From Nymphaea colorata (lineage: Eukaryota), in assembly GCF_008831285.2 (NCBI RefSeq), contig NC_045138.2, positions 12,710,001 to 12,774,000 of the forward strand: a stretch of DNA of 64,000 nt, given 5' to 3'. The position numbers and the translations under genes are program-made. The first letter of the stretch is position 1, and the number at the start of each line of letters is the position of its first letter. Below are positions 51,241-64,000 of this stretch, piece by piece. The notes under the pieces are model-generated. The model ran no database searches. It was not told the origin of the DNA and saw only the letters and a list, made by a program, of their open reading frames with translations.

Positions 51241-52189
51241 CAGACGTGAAGAACGGCAGAGCCGCGTTCTCTTCACTTCTCCTCTCAGGTTTTCCCTTAT
51301 CGGTCGCGACGTTGGAGAAATCTACAGAGAATTTCGAAGTTGGCGAAATTACGATGGCATATGCATCAAATCTTTCTATCTCTTTCTCGCTAAACCTGAA
51401 GATGGCACGTGGGGTGAAGCCGGAGAGGAGGGGACCTTACCTGGACCCCCTCGACCAAACACTGTCCGCCTTTTATCTGTTCGTTGTCAACTGGAGCACA
51501 TGTACTTGGATTTTTGGCTGGAAGGAGAAAGTTGGTACGAAATGAAAAGAAAAAGAAAAAAGAAAGAAAGAAATGATGGGAAAAGAAAAAGAAAAAAAAA
51601 TTTAAAAGAAAATTTTATTTGTGTGGAATGAAAGGAATTATCGAATGCGATATTTGTTTACTAATACAAAAGAAATTCAAACAAAGAATTTTAAATTTGT
51701 TTACAATAATCCCTACAACAACCCCAAATTTGATCATGATTCTTTTCTCTTTCTCTACAATAAGTCGTCTTTGTTCAAATGGATGCATTGCATCTAGTTC
51801 TGGATTTCTTCTAAAACAGATTATTCAATTCAGTTCATTGATAAAGATTATAAGAATAAAATGAAAAATATTGTTGCGTCTAAACTCAGGTATCAGAATC
51901 TGTAATAGAATGAGCATGGATACCAATCCACGTTCTCAAAAAAATAAATGATGCTAGCAAATGTGGGAATCTAATCTCGTTTCCACATAGTTTAAACTTT
52001 AATCTCCAGCGATGGTGCCATTAAAATATGTAAAAAATTACTCTGCCCATTAGCGCTTACACCACTTTGTGGTAGCTCCTGTGAGGAGAACGCACAGAGG
52101 CGATGGCTACCAGTGGATTTATTCTGTCCAATGTATACATAGAACAGATAAATCCCCTTTATTTGATACTCTTCTAGTGACAATCTCTA

Positions 52190-53830
52190 TTTTCTTTGAC
52201 CATATCCAATGCAATCCTGCTGGGGGAAGGCCTTCAACCAATTTATTGAAGAAAAATGGATAAAAGATACAAAAGAGTGGAAGGAATGTACACAAAAAAA
52301 GAACACAACAGCCTCACTTATAGAAAAGGGCTAAGCGACGAGTTCAATTCCATCCAAGAGAGGAGGGGTCCCAATAAAAGAAACATTGGATTGCAAGGAG
52401 TTAGACAAAATGACAACTCCTTAGATGGGTTACTACAGCAAAACTTGAGGTGTGACTTCAGCTTGCATATGTTTTGGAAACTTGGTTGTAGTTGAGTTTG
52501 ATTGTGAATCACTTGCCACATGACTTTAACCCACTGCATGTTGTTAGTAAGAACCTGCACACTCTGCCCCTACATTGTATCTAATCTGCCTTTTGGTAGA
52601 TATCAGCGCCCACTTTTAAAGTAGATATTTGGATTAGAATCTCATAATCTGTTTTGAGGAGATTTAGACTAGGAAGGAAGTTTGTTTTCACCCAAAGAGA
52701 GATCTCTCTTCTCTGATCTGGTGGCCAATTGAAGGATTGGTAAATCAAGCAGCATTCCTTCTAGATTTTGTCAATATTTTGTTATGGGCAAATGGGACGG
52801 TCTTCAAAGACTATTGAGTTTCTCCAAGCCCAAACTTTCTAAATCGCTACTGGAAAGGTTAGTCGCCAGCACCAGCTTAGCCATCCCCTCTTGAAAGAGG
52901 AGGCGATCCACCACTGGATACCTTGCGGGAATGACCTGAAAGTCCGATAGAAATTGTGGAATTTAGTTAGGATGAGCTGCCAAAGGCCAGTAGTGACCGG
53001 ACAAACAAAAAATAGGTGATTGATAGACTCTTCATCAGACAGGCAAAAAAGGCATCTATTCGGCAAATGAAACTCTCTCCGTTGGAGGTTGTCCATAGTG
53101 CTCAATTTTCCTTCGCTGGCAATGTAGGAGTACCATTGAGCTCTAGGGGGGAACAACAACATTCCAAATGACCTTTTTCTAATAGAAAGAGTTTCCTTTC
53201 TTTCTGACGTCTTCCCAAACAAGTTGCCAAGATACGTTTTCCCAATCTAAACCCTTTCATTGCCAGGAGTCTTGAGATTGAGAAAGGCGGATAAGGTTTA
53301 AATGAGGAAGAACACCCATAGCCAAGCGGTTAGCCTCAAAGTCATGTTGAATGGCAGTCTTTAAATCTGCAACAGAAATTGAACGCATGGCCTCTAAGAT
53401 ATAGAACTTATAGGAATGGATTTTGAACAACAAGATGCCCTCCCCCCAGTCATCCAACCACGCTCGAGCCGTAAAGCCATTCCCCATAGACCATCTGACC
53501 TTTTTTTTAATGGCGTCCCAGCCTCATTCTATTCCTTTTCAAAGCCAAGAGTCTTTGGCCTTGCCCTTGCATGCCCAGAGACTATGGTTCATGAGATATT
53601 TCTTCGAGACAATAGATGCTCAAGGAGATGTCGTATGACCAACTTGCAAAGCAAGATTTTCCAAGCAAGCTCTATTTAGGCCTTGAGCCCCATAAAAAAT
53701 TAGCTGCAAGAGATTCGAGTGCCTAAATAATCTTCTTCTAAAGTTTAAAAGGAGAAGACCGGAAAAATATTAGGGCTATCAAGGAAGATTGCCTCTGACC
53801 ATATGAGCTAAATGTATTGAAAGCACATCT
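52190..53830 (-). mobile_element. Degenerate 5'-truncated L1 LINE (post-RT region, zf-RVT, 3' end)
   Basis: WSMGNGFTARAWLDDW and KLSTMDNLQRREFHLPNRCLFCLSDEESINHLFFVCP (zf-RVT). AATAAA and an A-rich tail occur near 52245-52190 on the minus strand. Confidence 0.8.
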
Positions 53831-56800
53831 CCCTCAACGTGCAGGTTAACATCCAAAGACGGCCCAACCGACCGGCACTATCCCACCAGTTCTCTCTCTC
53901 TCTCATAAGAGGAAAGGCGGTGGGCACCATTTGCACCTCCTCCGGCAGCACGGTGGTGGGGGAGCAGAAGAGGATTGTTTCTTTCATTTATATCATGCCT
54001 ATTTTAGTTTTGCCATGGGCTGGATGAGGTTGCATAGTAAAGCTTGTGTTTGGGTGGAAATGTTGTATTTCAAAATGCCTGATCTGGATATTGCAAAACA
54101 TATATCACATAACGACTTTTTCCATTACTTATCTGTGAGCCAGGGTGAATCAATCGAGATCATCTCTTCCTGCTCACTAGTTGTTTCACCATTTCAATAA
54201 TGTTATTTAACATCTGTGCAAATGGTCAATATTTTTTTCCAAGCTAACGACAAACAGTGGAATGGGATTTTTGGCATTATAATTCCATTCAATCACACAC
54301 AACTCTTTTCTGATTCCTGGTGCTGCCAGACACTTAATGTGCCAAACTATCAAGTATTTGGTTTGTAATATATAGCATCATAATGAAAAAGCGCATTTTT
54401 TTTGAAAAAAAACCAGATAAATTAAATTGTCGTTTAAAACTTTTAAAAAATGCATTTCCTTAACGTGTTTTTTTTTTTTTAATGCCAAACAGTTTTTTAT
54501 TTTTATTTTTTATTTGTTACAAATTCAGATGTTTGTGTTATTATTTTATTCACTTATTTTATTTTTTCTTTATTTTATTTTTTTAATTTTTAAAAATTTA
54601 TCTTTTTTTTTTGTTTTTTTAACTTATAGTATTATACAAGAAAAAAACCTTGTAGTTTAAAATTCTAAAATGTTATTTGTAATTCTGATATATAGTTTAT
54701 TTTATTTTTCAATGTTTTGCCGGTTTTGACGTAAAAAACAGTTGTAGAGAGAAAAATAAGTTGAAAAAAAAAAAAGTAAATGTAAGAGCATCATCAAAAA
54801 CTAATGAGAAGAAGCCAATAAATGATTTATTCAAATATATGATATAAATATATTATTATTATTTATTTAATAACAACAAAAAGAACTAAACATACCAGCT
54901 AAGTTTGACTTTGACTGCTCGGGGGCGGCGAAAGGCCACTAGCCCGCACGGGAGTGAAGGGTCATTGTCCTCCCAACTCTCGCGGGAGGGCCAAATCTGG
55001 CCACGCCCTCTATCGCCGTAGAGACGTCGGGGAGGGACGGATGACCCTCCGCGCATCGAGAGAGACGCTGATTTCAGCCCTTGTGCAGGCGCCGGTGGAG
55101 GGCCATCGCCGACATTCCACCAGTCGGATCCTCCCCTGTTGTGTCGACGGCGATAGCGGGAAGGGGTAGTGAGAGAGTGATTAAGAGGGATCTTTATTAT
55201 ACTTGAGTAGAAGAACTCCAGTGCAACTATTCTGAAATGAACAGTGCACGCCTGGACCCTACTTTCACTGTTGGAAAATGGAAAACTTGTTCGAAAGAGG
55301 CATTGTTTGTACAATGTTTGCGCATGGCTCGCCAATGCCATGCTTATTTTTTAAATCTTATAAGAAAAAATTGAAACTTTGATGTACTCATAAAAAAAAA
55401 TGCCACATATGAATAATCATTATATAATATTACATACACCCCTATAGCTATTGACAAAGTGGTTTTTCTTGAAAATCAATTTGGCTAGTTTTTCTCCAAA
55501 ACCACCCCCTTGGAAGAGAGGGCTTTGGCCTCTCCACTATACTTTTCACTTTTAAGGTTCACAAATCATGCTTCAAAACCTTTATGGTTTATGAGATGAG
55601 TGAACTAGTACATGAAAGTGACCACTGAAATCGTAACCTAAACCGAGTAGATGTGGACTGTCTTGCTGTCTAGTGTGTTACCATGAAATTGAAAAAAAAA
55701 AGACTACTTATTTGTTGATAAGAGTACTCATTACATGAGTGCAGAGTCGTGCTGCTTCATCCTTTGTTTTATTATTGTGATTAATTTTCTTTACACACAG
55801 TTGCTCCTCATGGTGAATATACAAAAGGCGGCATGAAAAGAGAGCAAAAAACCTTGAAGAGAAGTTGACCATCCTTGGAGCATAGTTTCAGGATTTTTAC
55901 CCTTCTTTGTTTGTTTGAAGTTGTAATAAATGTTAATTTCACTCGAACCCTCTTAGTAGGTTATCATAAGCATGATTTTTTTCTTTTTGCAGACTTATCA
56001 ATTTTTCTGTAATAATTTCTTGTTAGAGCAATTTGAAGACTCGCCATCAAATAATCCTATTTCTTGGGAGCTCAACTTCTCACTTTTCATTGCTTGTGCA
56101 AACCGCTTATAAAAAACTTGATGCATGATATAAACTATAATTTTTATTGAAGATACTTTTTACGGAATCAACTTTCAAACTTTGATGCTATTGTCACCAT
56201 GTTACCAAGATAACTTGCTCATCTTTTATTATCTCTATGACTTGATCAGTTTGACTACATGCTTCTTTTTAAGTGCATATCTCTAGGAGTTTTAATTTGC
56301 TTTTAGTATCATTTCAGGTTGTTTAATTTGCTTTTACTTAAGTATCAAGTTGCTTAGAGTTTATTTTTTGTTGTTTCATCAGTTAGGCCTGCCAGAATGA
56401 CACAAGCATCTAGTTTAGTTTTAGGCTACATTTTTGTGGTTGTACAATAGAAGCTAAATTGTTTTTCTATTTGTGTTTCATTTTGCTTGTTACTTTTATG
56501 TGTAGTTAGCATTTGCTTCTTTCTTTCACTTTCTTATTGTTTGACATTTAACTATGCTTGAAGATTAGATTAGAGCTATGACAAGTTTATTGTTTGTTTG
56601 ACTTGCTAGTGCATGCATGAACTATGCATGTGTTGGTCATGCTTTTGTGATAGTACAATTGTGAAGAAATCTAAAAGGTAAACTTTACTGTTTCAATTAA
56701 AACCAAGTCAACAATAAGTTTAAAAAAGGAAAATACAAAATAAGCAAATCTAACACAAAGAACTCTAAGGACAATCTTCTAATAGCTACTTTGAAGAATT

Positions 56801-58619
56801 GCAAATCTTCTATTGTGGCACTCAATAGCTCTAATGCATCCACCAATGCCAAGTCTACTTTAGAAGATTCTCCTATTGGTCACCAACTTAAAATAAAGGG
56901 GAAAACAATAGGCAAAAATATAGCTTGGGCTCTAAAATCTATGTTAATGACAACTAATTTAATAAACTATAATTAGTAGGCGATGGAATCTAGTTTAAAA
57001 CATATGTAATTGAATGTAAACCTATTGAGTTCACTCAATAGTTCCTAGAGAAGCTGCACAAAGTGCTACATATATGTTAGAGAACATGTAAAAAGAAAGA
57101 ACTGAATCAAAGCTCAGTCTATATATTGTCTAACTTCATTCTATAGCATCAGTTGTGCTTGTAACAATCCTAATGGATATGGAACAAATTTAAACTCAAA
57201 AGCTAGATCAAGATGCTCAATACATATTAATGTTATCCCTTAAGATTTTTAGAAAAATTGTATAACAATTTTAACACAACAAAGATTTCAATTCAACAAT
57301 AGTAGTTTGACTAGAGAAAAAATTATGGAGTCAACCGGTCTACCATTGAACTAGGTATAGGACTTTTCAATTGGAATATCTAGCCATTCAGCATGTAAAC
57401 AAACTAAACTTAATTTTAAACTAATTTCAAAGTGTAGCAGCGATAATAAATATGCATTATGAATCAAGACATTTCATGGATTACACCTTCAATTTCCTAC
57501 ACATTTAGCACAATTGGATTGCATCTAGTTGGTGTCTAAGTCATTCGCCAAACTTCAGCTCATATGAAGCTGAATGAAACTAAAGTCATATGCATTTTGA
57601 TTAAAGAATGAGCACACAAAACATCTAATTCAACATTTCATGAAACATGACATTTAAGAGAAAGAAAACCTTATAAATCAAAATTATAATTTTGATAACT
57701 AACTTTCTACACCTTGCTATGAATGGCCTGAAAATGAATATCACAAAAAGTTTATAACACGTCCAAGTTGATAAAAATCATCCATATTAATGACAAATAA
57801 AATACAATTATAATGATAACTGAAAAGTGTAAAACCTACTAAAAGACACATTCTAGGTGAGCGAGAGGTTCATCCATACCATCCGGAATGAGACCCAAAA
57901 GCCCCCCAATTCCTCTTACCTTCAGGGTCTAGAGCTGTGTCGGCGTTAATAATTGCAACAATACACATTTCAATTTAGATGTCATGTCCCACTACCTTAA
58001 GGCGCAAGAACATAAAGCTCATGGGAGTCAAACTAGAGAACTGATTTGCTACAGATTTTTAGTCCGACCAGCTATACTATGCCCTTTGAGGCTAGTAAAA
58101 GAAACCTTAATTAGCTTGTTTTCTTAGAAATCTAGCCAAACAGTCTTATAATGGGATTTTTGGCAACTTGATAGGCCAACCAACAACTACACCTGGATTA
58201 GAGATGTCAGCAAAGCTAATGTAGAATATTTGCTATCATATTGAACTTGTTCAAAAAAATCAAAGTTTACCATTTTAATTAAAAAATCAGATCGAACTCA
58301 ACTATAAGAATGATATTTCACCACAGTCAAATTTGGATGAAATTAAGTTTTATTTGGACGTCCTATACCCAATGTCCATACATTTTGGAAATTGGTTCTT
58401 AGCATATGGTGATGAGCTTCAAATTTGGGTTCATGTAAAAATTTGAAAATTAGATTTAGATCAAATTTATATCGTTATTCATATTCAACATACACTTTTC
58501 TTCATTTATATTTGAATCCAAATTTGAATATGAATATATGAACATCTAAAAAATTGGATATGTAGTACATTTGATTCAAATATGATCCATTGACATTCCT
58601 AACTAGATATACCTTAATG

Positions 58620-61500
58620 CTTTAGGTATGGGGATCCTCATGACTAAGGCCATGTGATAGCATTCTTATTACACTAGATGTAATCTCATGTTGAATAGCC
58701 CCTATGTTCTTATCCTGTTAGGTGTTAACTTGTTGGTCATAAATCTTCTCCTTTTGTATCTCACAACTTGTTAAAAATTATCTACAAAAGGATGAGGCTT
58801 GAGGTCATGCAACCATCACTCCTACATATATCAACTATTGGTTTGATGCAACATGTTCCTACAAGTCTATTACACTAAGCCTAATTAATAACCCAAACTA
58901 TAAAAAGTAACAAATGAAACAACATAATACAAGATATTGCTCATACATAGAAAATAGAAATAATGTATATGCTGAAAAAAAAAATACTTTTTCCCATTGG
59001 ATTGCATTTAATTTCGTACAACATTATTTGTTGCTTTTTATGAGATTTAGATCAGGTACCTATGTAGTGTATGCATGAATCTTGGTGTTTATATTTTTGA
59101 AATACAGTTTTGAGTTCATGTATATTTCTAGGAATTACAATTTTAGTCATTAATTTATAGCTACTTTTACATAATATTAATCACAATTACATTAGCTCTC
59201 TTCATTTCTTTGTAGAGTTAGTTATTTTGTGTTTTACTTTGTTCTATATAGTCATTGAATTCTATTTGAAGGGTCTCAGTCATTTCTTTTTGAAAATTAT
59301 TCTCAACCTAAGATTTCAAAACACTCTTTGACTTAATTTTGCCATGTTTTTTGTCTATATCTAGAAAATTATTTAGCAATCATTCTATTATTGTGTACAG
59401 ACACATGTCTTTTGATGTTCAATACCTTTTTCCTAGAAAAAAGGTTTTCATGTTAGGCAGCTATGTAATTCTTAAGCAAATAATCAATCTCACTCTTAAA
59501 CCTGACCAAATATGTCCATACAGTTCTAATAAAGTCACCTACTACATAACAAAGTAATAAGTTCACAACCTAGATGTCTGTTGTTAGGGACCCCAAATGT
59601 CACAATGCAACAATTCAAAGGGCCACCTGAGCAAGATCACAAGTACTGAAAGAACGCCGTGATTATTTTGAGACTTCATAAATATTGCAAAAAAAACTAA
59701 CATTCTCATATTAGAATCACAGTCTCTAATTGCTTTTTCTTAAAGTACAATGGTTGACCGAGCTTGAAATTCTATATATCAAAGTGTTATTAATATGAAC
59801 TCAATACAACTGCATCATCCACAACCTTTGGATCTTTGAAAATGTACAGACTATTCTTCAATTCAGATCGATTATTGTCATCTTGCGGCTCATGTCCTGG
59901 ATGCAGCAACCATTTGAAGAAAGATGTACATTGCAATTATTTGGTTCAATGAGTTTACTTTATGGACAGAGATTGAAGCTAATGTTTGGCAAGTAATAAA
60001 CAGTTTTGAGTATAAGATTAGATGATAGATATAACATGGCCAACATGTGTAGCATAAGCTACCTTATTGTTTGACAATCTAATAGGAGAACAAGACTCCG
60101 ATATTTTATTATTCATTAAAAGATTTAAAGAAGATGACATGTGGTCACTCAATTGTCAACTATCAAGTATCTAATTGCAAACAAGTGTCACCCAAAACAT
60201 CTGATTACACAATTGGTCTATCTTTGAATAATTGCTTCATTTGATTATATGCGTTAATAGTCAAAACAACAACTATGTCCTAGCTTTCTTTTTGAGAGAA
60301 GTAGAAACTAATGCAGTTGAACTCTACTTAATCTCATCAGTATAATTATTGTTATTTGATTACTTTGTTTTGTTTATCTTCTCTAAAATTGGCTAGAAAC
60401 CATTCAATTTAAAACATCAGTCTCTTGTGTACCCAAAAGTATGATAGTAACTATACTAAAATTTGTTTTTTATAGAACTTTTGCTTCGGTAGATTACATA
60501 ACTGAATTTGAAGCTACTAGACTCAAATGTTCAATTGAGCTCATCTAATTCATGCTTTCTTTGTTTCTCTTCCTGTAAAACCAGCAAATATACTTTGGCT
60601 ATTGAGGATGAAGGATCTAGCAAAATTCATTTGATATGTAAAGCGTTATACAATTCATTCAATCCCATCAAGAATTGAAGTACTTGGTCTTCCTATTGTT
60701 TCATGCAATTATTCTCAACGTTGAACAGGTACACTCTGGGCAAACATAATATGAGTCAATTTTCATCTCTATAGACCTTTAATTTTGTGTAGTATCTAGC
60801 AATGGACATCATCTCTTATGATAGTTTGCTAATTGTTGTCTTGATCTGATATTTTTAAGGATAGTATTCCAATTGTTTATTTGATCTATTATCTCTAACG
60901 AGTAGTACTCTGTGTATCATTCTCTCAAATTGATCTACACTTCATAACTTGTGGTTGTGATATAACACTACCAATTGAATCTCTAAAAACAGACTTCAAG
61001 ATCAAGAGAGAAAACTGTGTGATTACAATGCCTTTACTGTATAAATTTCGGTGAAGGGATATTAAGTTATGGCAAACTTCCATCAACAAACATAATTTTA
61101 TTCTTGGCTGACTAGTGCCATAACCATTGTACATCTTGAAACTGTCAAAACTTGATAAACCACTCTTTTATTCTCTGAATGATGGAGATAGTAAGGATGT
61201 GAAAAAATCAACAAAATAGGACTTAGATGCTGCTCCCAATCCTAATGAGCAAGGTTTTGCACAATGAGGTAAATGATATATAAAAGTGTCAGGCCTTGTC
61301 ACTGACATGGCTCTAATACCATGTGGAAATGCAGGAATAGAGAAAACAAAGACTACAACAACATATCATCAAGCAAAAAGGTGTTATTTATTTACTGAAA
61401 TATATATGTGTTATACAGCCAATGAATGGTTTACAAGATGCCCAACTACTTACTTTTATATCTGATTCTTTTACACTTTTTTATAGATAGAAGAGTTATT
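58620..61500 (-). mobile_element. Highly degraded Copia element
   Basis: PBS-like TGGTATTAGAGCC at 61321-61309, next to a TG at 61322. Gag remnants PYYLHHSEN, KNKIMFVDGSLP, YYTKLK and SIAKVYLLVLQEEKQ. The left boundary is uncertain. Confidence 0.6.
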
Positions 61501-62899
61501 TTCTTTTCTATGTCATACTCTTGCTCTGAGCTCATGCAACTCAATAGGAGAAATAGCAATTTAGAGAAAATGATTTTTGAGAAAACATAAAAATGGAGAA
61601 TTATTTAAGGAAGAAAACTCAAATTTGAATTTGGAAGTAGCTATTGAAATTGAAAACTTAGGAAGGAGGTTTGATTTTACATGAAAATGACAATTTTGCG
61701 CCCCAAACCTTCCAAGCACCCTATTTTCGCTGTTAACCCTGATTTCAATGAAATTTGAATGGGAGCTTTTTCATACCTAAATAAACATAAATATAGATGT
61801 ACAAACACTAGAACACAAATAAATGCATGTAAATTGTAATGAAAATTCATGTATTATCATATAAAATAGAGCCAGTTAGTGGTTTTACCTACATTATCAA
61901 GTTGTTACTCAAGTAGTGGGAGGCAGACACAAGCTAAAGTGTATATATTGCCATAAAGGAGGTTCTCTATAGATACAAGTTAAAATACCTAAATGCCTAA
62001 GAATGGTAATTGGGCTCGAGAATGAACACCTTGTTTAGCTTTTAAGGGTTTGAATAAATACGAGCAGCTTGATTCTTGCTGTCACTGTCATGACCTAGAG
62101 GACTGCAATAGGTCCCAAAGAAAGCTTTGTAAACCCCAATAGCAAGGGATGCAAATGGGGCTACCGCCTCTTTAGGATGGTAGAAAAATAACCACTCACT
62201 TTGAAAAAAAAATCATTGGAAGTAAGTTCAAGAGGTTGTAAACCTATTGCTCTAAAGCCAACATTATTGGGAGTCACTGGTCTAGAGCTTGCTACATGGA
62301 CAGCAAAAGCCTAGGAAGTGATGACATTATACATGGCATGGCTAAACAAAATTGCATGAACTTAAGTTCTAGTAACTCTTGTACTTAAGTCTAAATAATC
62401 TTCATACATAGTGCCATTATAAGGTAGTCTAGTTTATCAGCCACGTAACATGAGTCGGACAAAAACTAAAAGGTAACATAGAACTCATAGGGAAAGAGAA
62501 GAAAAAGAAAAGAAATGCATAAATCATCACTACCTATAAATTAAAAGTCTCAAATTATGAGAATTCTTCCAAATGAGGATAAAGAAAGGAAATAAAGAGT
62601 ATTTAAGCTTTGTTGCAAATGAAATATAAATAATTATGAGTTTAGTAAAGTTGAAGTAAAAGTTTTCTACTATGGGAGAGAGGTTTCCGTTTATATGCTA
62701 ATAAATGCAAATTGAAGTGCAAGTTGATTTTTTTTTCTTTTTCATGCTGATATTATTTTGAAAAGGTTTCAAATGTCTAGTAGACAAAAATGTTGCAAAA
62801 CCTAATTGTAGTTAACTTCATTGCAAACTTCATGAAACCTTACTCATATACTGAGATAACCCCAAGGTTTAAGGGCTTGCCATATGTATTAAATGTGAC

Positions 62900-64000
62900 T
62901 ATGGCTGCTCACACGCTGAGTCGAGCTCCAACTTGACTGGACTCCAAAAACTCGATCTTCAGCTCAGCTTGAACTCAAGTCGAGTTCCATATAACAAGAT
63001 CGAGCTTGAGCTCTTTGGCCACTTGGACTCGTTTCACTTGTTTACGTCATGTCTTGTTTCTTTTAATTTGTTAGCTTGTCAACTTGTTTAACTCGTCAAA
63101 TAGTTTAACTCATCAACTCTTTTAACTCAACTTGTTTAAGTAACAGCGACATAGACATGTACAAGATCAAGGGAATATCAAATTGATCAGTTCTATTACA
63201 CCTAAAGAAAACCAAGTTGGATAGGTGTACTCTGTAGATAAAATTTGCAAAAGGGTAGCATTTCTTAATAAGATAAAATAAACTAAATATGCAAACACCA
63301 TGCTCAGTAATTTGTACAATGATCATTTTTTATAAAGGTAAGAAATTGGTAAGAAGTTAATCATATTGAGAAAGAAAATTGTGAAATAATTGGCAATAAG
63401 TTAGGCCATTGAAAAGGTGATGAACATTTGCTGGGTTGATATTCTAAGAAAAAGGAACGAAAATTGGGACATCCATTGTCTTAATTGAGATGCACAAAAG
63501 ACAAGGACCAAGTTGCACCAAGTTAATGCTTAATTATTAGAAAGATTATTAAAACTAGAAAACCTAGTCCCCAAAAAAATGTTTTGCAAAATCCATTTCC
63601 AAACAGCTCAAAATATCCAAAATTTCCTCGATCTATAGTTGCTTTGAAGTTCGAAGGAATATGCAAGAGACCCAGTAAACGGCTTCTATTAGTTGACAAT
63701 TTCAAGCACATTTTGGTGCATAGTATCCATAAATCCTCATTACACGTGAAGATCCATTCATCTTATCACCCACAAGACCCAAGGTCAAACAGTTTCACAT
63801 TGAACTCTTGGTCCATTAAAACTTCAGAAGATTTCAGGTCTTGATAGATAGTAGGTGGGTTGTGGGTCGGCCTTGTCATGCAAATATATTCTAATCCTTT
63901 AACAAAATGAACAATAAACAAAATTCGTTTTTTGCCCTAACTTGGTGAACCAGTTTCTGTAACTCAACTAGTTTTAGGTAACAAGCCAAGCCGAGTTTAA
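62900..64000. mobile_element. CGAGC-rich hAT MITE-family element with ~0.8 kb of foreign internal sequence; runs off the right edge
   Basis: Left end TATGGCTGCTCACACG resembles TAGGGCTGCACA. Family repeats continue to ~63135 and resume at ~63948 (GAACCAGTTT...CAAGCCGAG). Confidence 0.55.
63690..63900 (-). pseudogene. Receptor-like cytoplasmic kinase (RLCK-VII/PBL-like) catalytic-domain fragment
   Basis: Across frameshifts it reads KGLEY/LHDKADP/PPTIYQDLKSSEVLMDQEFNVKLFDLG/VGDKMNGSSRVMRIYGYYAP. This matches the PBL pattern LEYLHDKADPPVIYRDLKSSNILLD..FNAKLSDFG...GDK.HVSSRVMGTYGY.AP. Confidence 0.8.

Noticed and set aside
51961..51970. USE-like TCCCACAT suggesting a snRNA or telomerase-RNA promoter
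   Set aside because: Incomplete match, with no properly spaced TATA box and no recognisable snRNA or template sequence downstream.
56760..57730. Possible MULE/FAR1 transposase remnant
   Set aside because: Only a weak Cys/His pattern; too degraded to support a call.

Overview
Plant (angiosperm) nuclear DNA, rich in transposable elements and microsatellites. Three intact intron-containing genes lie on the minus strand, and their exons can be read directly from the sequence. They are a xylem-type papain cysteine protease (XCP1/XCP2-like, 11030-8698, 4 exons, 351 aa), a plastoglobule fibrillin (FBN7/PGL34/PAP13-like, 23501-14496, 7 exons, 303 aa) and the molybdenum-cofactor enzyme CNX2/MoaA (50977-45147, 6 coding exons, 408 aa). 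The mobile DNA includes the 5' part of a Tekay/Del-like Gypsy element (1-5838) sitting at the infA end of a decayed plastid insertion (rpl14 tail-rps8-infA). There are also two full-length Copia elements with TSDs in head-to-head orientation (31091-36372 and 39437-44795), a truncated chromovirus in the last CNX2 coding intron, L1 LINE and hAT remnants, and several MITE families. I found no convincing new multi-gene system. The best leads are: (1) the two Copia elements share a near-identical RT/RNase H block but have divergent gag/integrase and unrelated LTRs; (2) a candidate recursive splice site and a perfect splice donor 6 nt after the stop codon in CNX2; (3) a candidate Pack-hAT element carrying an RLCK-VII kinase fragment; (4) a MITE family found in (TA)n microsatellites; (5) a plastid insertion with an internally triplicated infA. 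All identities, ages and family names were judged by eye from memory of the families and need alignment or database confirmation.
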